From Terriglobia bacterium (lineage in GTDB: Bacteria > Acidobacteriota > Terriglobia > JAIQFV01), in assembly GCA_020073085.1 (NCBI GenBank), contig JAIQFV010000007.1, positions 120,375 through 184,374 of the forward strand: DNA of 64,000 nt, given 5' to 3'. The translations under genes were made by a program, and so were the position numbers. Positions 57,027-64,000 of the stretch are shown piece by piece; position 1 is the stretch's first letter, and every line of letters starts with the position of its first letter. The notes under the pieces are model-generated. The model searched no databases. It had not been told where the DNA came from and was given only the letters and a program-made list of their open reading frames with translations.

Positions 57027-57871
57027 TAGAATACCTTTTCGAGGAACAAACCGAACGGGGGCGCTGTCCATTCGGCCGGCTTTGGAGAGGGTTTGTAGAA
57101 GAAAGAACTGAATTCATCCCGGGTGCAATTCCCTGCCCCCAATTCCACCATGCTTCCGACCAGGCGCCGGACCATTTTCCACAGAAATCGATCGGCACGG
57201 ATGTGAAAGGTCAATAGCCGGGCGTAACAGGGCCGCGTAATGCGGATTTCCCGCCATTCACACTCTTCCACAATACATTGGAAGGAACGTTCTTCCTCCT
57301 CATCCGGATCACAAAAAGAGCGGAAACTGTGTCTCCCGACGACAAGTCTTGCGGCCTCCTGGAGGAGGGGGAGTTTGATCTCGCGCCTCGGGCACCAGAC
57401 GTGACGCCGCAGGAAGGGCGAGTAAGTTTCAACGATCTGATAGCGGTAGCTGCGGGAGTGCGCATCATGGCGGGCATGAAAATTCAGAGGAACGAAAGCG
57501 GCCTGAGAGACCGTCAGGTCAGCAGAGAGTCCGTTGTTCAGCTCCCGCATGATCTTCTCCGCTGACCACAGGCGCGGATCTTCCGCGTGATCCCCTGCAT
57601 GAAAGGGGGCTTTCAAAAGCGGGATATCGCGGGAGGCGGTCCTGTCCACCGGAGGATCCCCGTGGATGACCGCATTCACAACCTGCGCCTCGGCGTGAAC
57701 CCCGCGGTCGGTACGTCCCGCCGCAATGATCCGCGGCTTTTCTTTCAGGACATCAATCATTGCCGACAGCAATTGGCCCTGGACCGTGCGAACGTCCTTC
57801 TGGATCTGCCAACCATAGAACCGCGTGCCTTCATAGGCGATCGTGAGCTTCAGGTTTCTCATTGCATGCAA
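57023..57871 (-). CDS. truA: tRNA pseudouridine(38-40) synthase
   Basis: AAGRTDRGVHAEAQV catalytic Asp motif. Its stop overlaps the stop of the convergent peroxiredoxin gene. Confidence 0.9.
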   Translation of the reverse strand: MHAMRNLKLTIAYEGTRFYGWQIQKDVRTVQGQLLSAMIDVLKEKPRIIAAGRTDRGVHAEAQVVNAVIHGDPPVDRTASRDIPLLKAPFHAGDHAEDPRLWSAEKIMRELNNGLSADLTVSQAAFVPLNFHARHDAHSRSYRYQIVETYSPFLRRHVWCPRREIKLPLLQEAARLVVGRHSFRSFCDPDEEEERSFQCIVEECEWREIRITRPCYARLLTFHIRADRFLWKMVRRLVGSMVELGAGNCTRDEFSSFFYKPSPKPAEWTAPPFGLFLEKVFY

Positions 57872-57923
57872 ACTTTCCGTTTCACTGGTGCGTCCGCCAT
57901 AGCGGACCCCCCTGCGGTCCCAT

Positions 57924-57940
57924 CTCCGGCTTCCGACTTC
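57924..57940. repeat. Dispersed copy of a 17-mer (CTCCGGCTTCCGACTTC)
   Basis: It is identical to 58322..58338. It lies in the truA-Smr intergenic space. Confidence 0.8.
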
Positions 57941-57967
57941 TGGGCTCTGACCTCGTTTTCCAATGCT

Positions 57968-58384
57968 CTAAATTCGTGATCCCCCGATCAACACCGCCCA
58001 CGTCGCCCCCCAACCTCCTGCTTCCGGCCTGGCATCCTTAAACGACACGACCAGCGGATGCTTGGAGAGCACCGATCGGACAATCTCGCGCTGCACCCCC
58101 ATCCCGCGCCCGTGGATGATTCGTACTGTCTGAAAACCCCTTTCGTGAGCCTCACGGAGATATTCTTCAAGGACGACTTTTGTTTCTTTCGACGAAAAGG
58201 TATGCAGATCGATGGAATCTTCGATAGGAATGTGGACAGGTTCTCCCGAGGACAAGACCTCATCCTCATGATTTCGGAGTTCTGCATTCCCGCCTCCGGC
58301 CTCCGGCTTCTGACTTCCGACCTCCGGCTTCCGACTTCCCCTTTCAGTGGGAGGAGAACTTTGCGGTCCGGGTTTCCTGTCCAA
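57968..58384 (-). CDS. Smr domain protein; start uncertain
   Basis: IDLHTFSSKE...VRIIHGRGMGVQREIVRSVL is the Smr pattern. The longest ORF begins with TTG, and its N-terminus is encoded by a tandem repeat. Confidence 0.7.
   Translation of the reverse strand: MDRKPGPQSSPPTERGSRKPEVGSQKPEAGGGNAELRNHEDEVLSSGEPVHIPIEDSIDLHTFSSKETKVVLEEYLREAHERGFQTVRIIHGRGMGVQREIVRSVLSKHPLVVSFKDARPEAGGWGATWAVLIGGSRI
58293..58340. repeat. Tandem array of about 21 nt units (CTCCGGCTTC[C/T]GACTTCCGAC) related to the 57924 copy
   Basis: The sequence is cctccggc ctccggcttctgacttccgac ctccggcttccgacttcc. It falls in the putative 5' end of the Smr ORF. Confidence 0.75.
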
Positions 58385-58393
58385 AAGCGCTCC

Positions 58394-60025
58394 TTAAATC
58401 ACAATCGCTTCCTGGTACTCACCGAACACGCACCGCATGGCGTCGGAGATCTCCCCCACGGTGGCGTAAGCTTCCACGGCATTGAGGATCGGTGGCAGCA
58501 GGTTCTTCAGGGGATCACGGGCAGAGGTCTCGATTTCCCGCAAAGCGCCTTCCACCTTTCTTGCGTCCCGCTCCGCTCTCAAGGTGGCGAGGCTCTTCTT
58601 CTGCTGCTCTTCCAGGGCGGGGTCGATCCGGAGGAGGGGAATCGGCTTTTCGTGCTCCGCCACAAAGGCATTGATGCCCACCACCGTCTGGTCCTTCGAT
58701 TCGATGGCTCGCTGGTACTGGTATGCCGATTCCTGAATTTCCTTCTGGATAAATCCCGATTCAATGGCCCGAAGCATGCCTCCCATCTTCTCGATCCTCG
58801 CGATATATTCTTCTGCGCGCCGTTCGATCTCATTGGTCATTGACTCGATGAAATAAGACCCGCCCAGGGGATCGACGACATCGGCGACGCCGCTCTCCTG
58901 GGCGATGACCTGCTGGGTGCGCAGGGCCAGCAAAGCGGATTCTTCCGTGGGCAGGGCCAGCGCTTCATCGCGGGAATTGGTATGCAGGGATTGCGTGCCT
59001 CCGAGCACGGCGGCCAGCGCCTGCAACGCCACTCGGACCACGTTCACCTCGGGTTGCTGTGCCGTTAGCGTCGCTCCCGACGTCTGAGTGTGGAATCGCA
59101 GCATCCAGGATTTTGGCTTGCGAGCCCCAAAGCGGTCGCGCATGATCCTCGCCCACATCCGGCGTGCCGCCCTGAACTTCGCCACCTCCTCCAGAAGATT
59201 ATTGTGGGCGTTAAAGAAAAAGGAAAGCCGGGGAGCAAACAGGTCCACGTCCAGACCCGCCTCGACCGCCGCTCCCACATAAGTGATCCCGTTCATCAGG
59301 GTGAAGGCCACCTCCTGAACCGCCGACGAGCCGGCCTCGCGGATATGGTACCCGCTGATGGAAATCGTGTTCCATTCCGGCAAGTGCCTGGCACAATATT
59401 CAAAAATGTTGGCGACCACCCGCAGCGAATGCCGGGGTGGATAGATATAAGTCCCGCGGGCGATATATTCCTTCAGGATATCATTCTGGACCGTGCCGGA
59501 AAGTCTTGCGGGCGCCACGCCTTGTTCCTTTGCCACCCCGATGTAGAGCGCCAGCAGGATTGCCGCCGTGGAATTAATGGTCATGGAGGTCGAGACCTTG
59601 TCGAGCGGGATGCCATCAAACAAGATCTCCATGTCGCGCAGCGAATCGATCGCCACTCCCACCTTCCCCACCTCGCCGGACGCGAGGGGATGATCCGAAT
59701 CGAGCCCGATCTGAGTGGGAAGATCGAAAGCCACCGACAGGCCCATCTGACCCTGCGAAAGGAGAAACTTATACCGCCGGTTGGATTCAGCGGCCGAGCC
59801 GAATCCGGCGTACTGGCGCATGGTCCAGAATCGCCCCCGGTAAAGGTTGGGTTGGATGCCACGGGTGAACGGAAACTCGCCCGGCGGTGCCAGGGATTGC
59901 CCGACATCGAATCCTGACACATCGTCCTCGGAATAGAACCGTTTCAGCTCGATGTGGGAAGTGGTCTCAAATTTGGGTTTGCGTTCAGTCATTGCTGGTC
60001 CCAGGTCAAAATGAGAAGACGTCAA
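58394..60025 (-). CDS. Methylmalonyl-CoA mutase family protein, catalytic (TIM-barrel) subunit without a B12-binding domain
   Basis: [53 protein letters not shown] and colinear MCM motifs. 543 aa. Confidence 0.9.
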   Translation of the reverse strand: MTSSHFDLGPAMTERKPKFETTSHIELKRFYSEDDVSGFDVGQSLAPPGEFPFTRGIQPNLYRGRFWTMRQYAGFGSAAESNRRYKFLLSQGQMGLSVAFDLPTQIGLDSDHPLASGEVGKVGVAIDSLRDMEILFDGIPLDKVSTSMTINSTAAILLALYIGVAKEQGVAPARLSGTVQNDILKEYIARGTYIYPPRHSLRVVANIFEYCARHLPEWNTISISGYHIREAGSSAVQEVAFTLMNGITYVGAAVEAGLDVDLFAPRLSFFFNAHNNLLEEVAKFRAARRMWARIMRDRFGARKPKSWMLRFHTQTSGATLTAQQPEVNVVRVALQALAAVLGGTQSLHTNSRDEALALPTEESALLALRTQQVIAQESGVADVVDPLGGSYFIESMTNEIERRAEEYIARIEKMGGMLRAIESGFIQKEIQESAYQYQRAIESKDQTVVGINAFVAEHEKPIPLLRIDPALEEQQKKSLATLRAERDARKVEGALREIETSARDPLKNLLPPILNAVEAYATVGEISDAMRCVFGEYQEAIVI

Positions 60026-60085
60026 ATCCTTACTCTTCCAAAGTGCCCCCCGGAGCGTCCGGAATGTCCAGCGGCGAAGGGCGGA

Positions 60086-60343
60086 CTACTGTTTCTTCCT
60101 CACGGCCCGAGCCCGCAAAAGTGAGCTCACCGCAAAGGTCAGTAAGAGGACGGCAAATCCCGCGGAGGTGTAAAACCGAATCCCGGACGAGGGGATTTCC
60201 GGAGTGTAGTCCTTGTATTCTTTCCATGCCGCAATGGCGGCGCTGAACCCCAGCATGAAAAAGAAGAGGCTCATGAACTGATGAAAAATGACCTTGAGCG
60301 AGCGGATGAAGCCGGCAAAGGAGTGCTTGAGTATCCTCCACAT
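60086..60343 (-). CDS. Small membrane protein (hypothetical)
   Basis: Two hydrophobic helices. The start is set at ATG 60343. Confidence 0.4.
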   Translation of the reverse strand: MWRILKHSFAGFIRSLKVIFHQFMSLFFFMLGFSAAIAAWKEYKDYTPEIPSSGIRFYTSAGFAVLLLTFAVSSLLRARAVRKKQ

Positions 60344-60505
60344 AATCCCGCGTATGTTAGGGAGAAAGCGGAGGGAAGTCAAATAGCGACATCGGGAGGG
60401 CAATTGCCGCCACGAGCCTGACCGGCCTGTCCAAATGCTCGCATGGACAATTCAGATCTTGGTGAGATCGACGATGACCGCTACAGGGCTGCCTGCCGAC
60501 AAGGC

Positions 60506-62053
60506 TTATTTTTCAGGTCGCAGCTTTTCCCCAAAAGGCTTATCGAGCCCGCGCTTGGCGGCGGCGAGGGCGCCACGGGTATCCTCGCCTAACTGAACCG
60601 CGGCGGCATACTCCCGGAGAGCGCTCTCACGCTCTCCCTCCAAGTCAAAGAGGCGCCCCAGGTACACGTGCGACCAGGCCTTGGTGGCACTGTCGGCATT
60701 CTTGTCCGCAATCGCCTGCTCAAAATAAGACCTGGCGTCTTCAGGATTTCGCTGCAAGCTGCATGCGACACCCAAACCGTAGAGCGCTTTCGACCGCAAA
60801 TCCGCATCCGAGTCGGCAATCTGTCTAAAGATCTTCTTGGCCAACTCGTACTTTTCTTCGCTGATCAGGTCTTCCGCTTCATCCAGCTTCTTTTCATTCT
60901 CGGTCCGGGGACGCTTGGGAGGGGCCGGCGTGGGGGGGACGGTGACCAGGGGGAGGGAGGCCGCATACTTCTTCTCGGCTTCCATGTCGATGGACTCCAC
61001 CATATCTCCCAACGCCTCCCGGATCCCTTGTTCCCCCTTTTCAAATTCTTGCAACTGATTATAGAAGTGTTTGATCAGAAAGAAACCCGTGGCTGCATTC
61101 CGGGTGAGCTCGTCGTCGGCTTTGGCCGTCGGCAGTTTCCGCATACGGAGCTCCGCCGCACGAATGACGCACTCGATCGCATAAAGCATGAAATCTTTCC
61201 TGAATTGGGGATCGAGGTTGGGATTCTTCGCCGCCACCTCCATCAGGGCCTGCTTGTGATAAAACCGATTGGCGTACTTCAAGCTCAGAGGATCGAGGAC
61301 AAAATGGAGGAACTGATGGCGGATTTCATCCAGATTCGCTCGTGGCGCGGGACTAATGACCAGATAGTAATCCTCACCGTAATTGCGCGCCAAAGCCGCT
61401 GAGCTCGCGCCGAGCATATCAATCGCGATCGAGTAGCGGCGCCCCAGGTAGGAGGAAGACGGCAACCGGAGGTAGGCCTCGGTCTGCTGAATGGTCCGCA
61501 TGATGGGAACCTGTTGCGTCTCGATATAAGATTCCAACGCCGGCTGGGTTTGTCCCCAGAGCTTCTCCAGGTGGGTCGCTTCGTAGAATTCCTTTACCAG
61601 AGGCTGGAATTCCTCGATGGGCAAGACATCGGGAGGCAGCTTATCATGGCTCCACACGAACCCCCATTTCGGAGGCTGGTCCAACACCAGCGCCAGCGAC
61701 ATGTACTTGGACAGCTCCGCACTGCGGTCGGTCCCCTCCTGATGCGACGCATAAAACTGTTTCAGCTTCTCACGCAGCTCGCTCGGAACGTCCTTGTCGA
61801 TCGCGTCTTGTACCCGCTGACGGACCGCGTCGACGCCGGGGGAGGCTGCCGGGCCGAAGCTCAACCCCGCGGCGTGGAGTGCAGAGAGCACCGCAAACAG
61901 ACGGACATCGCCGTCCAGGGTAATCATCGACTGCTGCGCCCAAAGCGGAGAAACCAGCAGCAATCCGAAACAAGCCATCCTCCCGATCAATCGAGTGGTC
62001 CGTTTAAAGGTTCGTGAAGTCATTCGAGCTTTCCATCCCCCCCAGGCATTCAT
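60506..62053 (-). CDS. Secreted hypothetical protein with C-terminal TPR repeats
   Basis: Signal-like CFGLLLVSPLWAQ and C-terminal TPR-like repeats (ALYGLGVACSLQRNPEDARSYFEQAI...). An alternative ATG lies at 62023. Confidence 0.6.
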   Translation of the reverse strand: MNAWGGWKARMTSRTFKRTTRLIGRMACFGLLLVSPLWAQQSMITLDGDVRLFAVLSALHAAGLSFGPAASPGVDAVRQRVQDAIDKDVPSELREKLKQFYASHQEGTDRSAELSKYMSLALVLDQPPKWGFVWSHDKLPPDVLPIEEFQPLVKEFYEATHLEKLWGQTQPALESYIETQQVPIMRTIQQTEAYLRLPSSSYLGRRYSIAIDMLGASSAALARNYGEDYYLVISPAPRANLDEIRHQFLHFVLDPLSLKYANRFYHKQALMEVAAKNPNLDPQFRKDFMLYAIECVIRAAELRMRKLPTAKADDELTRNAATGFFLIKHFYNQLQEFEKGEQGIREALGDMVESIDMEAEKKYAASLPLVTVPPTPAPPKRPRTENEKKLDEAEDLISEEKYELAKKIFRQIADSDADLRSKALYGLGVACSLQRNPEDARSYFEQAIADKNADSATKAWSHVYLGRLFDLEGERESALREYAAAVQLGEDTRGALAAAKRGLDKPFGEKLRPEK

Positions 62054-62182
62054 TCAATATCTTGTGGCGACGATTACAATCTGAACAGCCTCGCAAATAT
62101 TCCATGAAATTGCAAGCCTCGCCTCCACCCCATCTATTCCAGAAGTCGAACGCAAGGTCCGATATGGTAAGATAACCCGGGT

Positions 62183-62758
62183 ATGCCAAACGTCTTAAAA
62201 CCCACGCTGGTCCTACTCGCCCTCACCCTGCTCATCTCATGTGGAGGGAGGCAGGAGAAAAGGCTCGCCCAAAACCTTGACAACCTCCAAATCGCTAACC
62301 TGGCAGCCGAAGACCTGAAAGTCAGTTCGTTCCATCCACACGGAAAAGACGAAGCCATCCTGGTGGCCGATGTTCACACGGCTTTTCTCATGAAGAAGAA
62401 TTCGCGGGGGGAATGGGAGATTCAATCTGTCCGTCTGGGCGATCGCAACTGGGAAGATGCGAAGGATTTTGCCCGGGCACTTCACCAGGTGAGGCTTGAA
62501 CGCGTCAAAAGTGATTTCGAGAAAATCGCGAATGCCCTTGAAAAATATCAGGCCCAAACGAAGGCCTTGCCGGCCGTCGTAGGGATCGGCCCTCTAGTGG
62601 ATCTCTTGTTCCCGACCTACCTGGCGGAAGCCGTGCGGGTCGATCCCTGGTCATCCGAATATAACTACCGCCTCAGCACCCCCACTTCCTACATCCTGAT
62701 TTCCGCCGGGCCGGACCGCAAGTTCGGGACGGGCGACGACATCCGGTTCGAGCGTTGA
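62183..62758 (+). CDS. Lipoprotein with a GspG-C-terminal-like (type II secretion pseudopilin-like) domain
   Basis: Lipobox LTLLISCGG. The C-terminal DPWSSEYNYRL...ISAGPDRKFGTGDDI resembles the T2SS G domain. Confidence 0.55.
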   Translation: MPNVLKPTLVLLALTLLISCGGRQEKRLAQNLDNLQIANLAAEDLKVSSFHPHGKDEAILVADVHTAFLMKKNSRGEWEIQSVRLGDRNWEDAKDFARALHQVRLERVKSDFEKIANALEKYQAQTKALPAVVGIGPLVDLLFPTYLAEAVRVDPWSSEYNYRLSTPTSYILISAGPDRKFGTGDDIRFER

Positions 62759-62841
62759 TGGGACACGGACAAACACGGACGACACAGAGACCTAACAAAT
62801 GGCGTCCATGGATTTGAACCTCGTCCTCGCAAGGACCAGCC

Positions 62842-62889
62842 AAAATGAAAACCGGCTGGCAATGACAAGACTCTTGTCAGGCCAGCCGG
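62842..62889 (-). terminator. Rho-independent terminator of the secreted peroxiredoxin gene
   Basis: A compound hairpin: CCGGCTGGC pairs with GCCAGCCGG, enclosing TGACAAG paired with CTTGTCA (62852..62889). On the minus strand it is followed by UUUUCAUUUU. Confidence 0.8.
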
Positions 62890-62917
62890 AAAAACGTTCT
62901 CAATCCCCGCCAGAATC

Positions 62918-63493
62918 TCAAGGAAACTTCGTCACGGCATCCACGACCTGCTGATCCGGCAACAGCTTCCCTTCCACGTTTTCCCAGAGGATTTTCCCGT
63001 CTGTCCCCACTAGAAAGTAAGTCCTCTTGGCCACCACCGAATGGATGCCCGGGACGTTGACTTCCAGTTCAATGTGATAGTCCTTGATCACCTTGCGTTC
63101 CATATCACTCAGCAAGGGAAAAGGCAGACTGAGGCTTGCCTTGAATTTATCCTGGGAAAAGGGCGTATCGGTGCTGATTCCCCACACTTCGATGTTCTTG
63201 GCCTTTAACTTTTCATAGTTCTCTCTGAACCCAGAGAGCTCGGTCGTTCAACCGCCGGTGAAATCGAAAACATAGAAGGCCAAAAGGACCTTTTTCTTGC
63301 CGCGCATGTCACTCAATTTCATTGGAGCGAGTTTGGGTCCCGAGGGGAGGGTAAAGTCCGGAGCTGTGTCCCCCACCTTGGGGGGTTGCACCCCGGCACC
63401 CGCGGGAGGAGAGGTACTTTGAGCTGTCAAGGAAACTGTGCCCATGAGCAGTAGCGCCACAAAAAGGGACAGAACAAGAAACGTTTTATTCAT
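62918..63493 (-). CDS. Signal-peptide-bearing AhpC/TSA-family peroxiredoxin, predicted selenoprotein (Sec at TGA 63248..63250)
   Basis: The ATG at 63493 gives MNKTFLVLSLFVALLLMGTVSLTAQ...KKKVLLAFYVFDFTGG-U-TTELSGFRENYEKLKAKNIEVWGISTD, in frame with ORF 62918..63187. The TGA aligns with the peroxidatic Cys. A near-ideal hairpin follows. Confidence 0.85.
63221..63238 (-). promoter_or_regulatory. Candidate SECIS hairpin
   Basis: On the minus strand, CUCUCUG-GGUU-CAGAGAG forms a perfect 7-bp stem with a GGUU loop. The stem starts 9 nt after the UGA. Confidence 0.65.
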
Positions 63494-63547
63494 CGCTTCC
63501 TTCCTCAAAAAATGAGATTTCGGACCGATTTCAGTTTGGGTCACCGC

Positions 63548-63576
63548 ACTATAGCCAATCTCCCCGCAACATGCAA
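63548..63576 (-). promoter_or_regulatory. Candidate sigma-70 promoter (TTGCAT-N17-TATAGT) for the secreted peroxiredoxin gene
   Basis: On the minus strand, TTGCAT lies at 63576..63571 and TATAGT at 63553..63548. Confidence 0.45.
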
Positions 63577-63603
63577 GAGACGAATGTGAGGCGTCCTTCT
63601 CCT

Positions 63604-64000
63604 TCATCCTTTGGTGGCGATGCCTTCGAGCCTTCTGAGGTTGGAGGGATCTCCCATCGCAATCAGGCAGTCGCCGGCCCCGATGCGGGTCTCCGAAGTG
63701 GGGTTGAACACCATGTTTCCATCCGCCTTCTTCATCGCCAGCACAATGACATTCATTTCCTGGCGGATTCCGGAATCCTGCAAGGTTCGATTGGAGAGAG
63801 GGCAACCCTTGCCGATGGGAATCTCTTCAATCGCCAGGTTCAACTTCTCGGCACCCATGGTCGAGGTCGCCACGTCGAGGAAATCATAGACGTTGGGTCG
63901 GAGCATCGCCTGGGCAATACGGTGGCCTGTGAAAATGTAAGGGGAAATGACCTCAGTCGCGCCGGCTCGCCGCAATTTCTCCTCGGCGTCTTCTTCGCTC
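63604..64000 (-). CDS. RCK/TrkA-C domain protein (K+ transport/channel regulatory domain), N-terminus outside the window
   Basis: The frame is open to the window edge. The TrkA_C-like segment is LAIEEIPIGKGCPLSNRTLQDSGIRQEMNVIVLAMKK...RIGAGDCLIAMG. Confidence 0.7.
   Translation of the reverse strand, partial: SEEDAEEKLRRAGATEVISPYIFTGHRIAQAMLRPNVYDFLDVATSTMGAEKLNLAIEEIPIGKGCPLSNRTLQDSGIRQEMNVIVLAMKKADGNMVFNPTSETRIGAGDCLIAMGDPSNLRRLEGIATKG

Overview
This is a 64 kb chromosomal segment from a moderately GC-rich Gram-negative bacterium. The gene content is Acidobacteriota-like in style, but I cannot verify that here. The window is densely coding and mostly housekeeping. It contains lipid A and phospholipid genes (lpxB, an LpxL-like acyltransferase, pgsA, an ArnT-like glycosyltransferase). 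It also contains a tonB-exbB-exbD-exbD-TPR cluster, tgt-yajC-secD-secF, rel (RelA/SpoT homolog), rpmB, truA, ttcA and an OmpR-type two-component pair. There is a branched-chain acyl catabolic cluster (fused E1 alpha/beta dehydrogenase, aconitase-family hydratase, M24 peptidase, acyl-CoA dehydrogenase). Two radical SAM enzymes and two ABC ATPases are also present. I found no rRNA, tRNA, CRISPR array, transposase or integrase.

The strongest signal is recoding. Three separate thiol-redox genes are each split in the ORF track by an in-frame TGA that falls exactly on the catalytic Cys position. They are a two-domain glutaredoxin-like PDO, a Bcp-type peroxiredoxin and a signal-peptide-bearing peroxiredoxin. 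Each TGA is followed 9-15 nt downstream by a hairpin with a GU-containing loop. I interpret all three as selenocysteine (Sec) genes with SECIS (Sec insertion sequence) elements.

Secondary observations:
- An ECF-like sigma factor is paired with an anti-sigma protein that has two zf-HC2 motifs and a periplasmic BepA-like M48 peptidase plus TPR module.
- A G-quadruplex-type heptamer repeat lies between two ABC ATPase cistrons.
- There are several short dispersed repeats and palindromes.
- nuoB and sdhC occur as orphan singletons.
- rel may be transcribed as a leaderless mRNA.
- A B12-radical SAM neighbourhood has a tightly coupled small upstream ORF.

All functional calls rest on motif recognition by eye. 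No database search was run.
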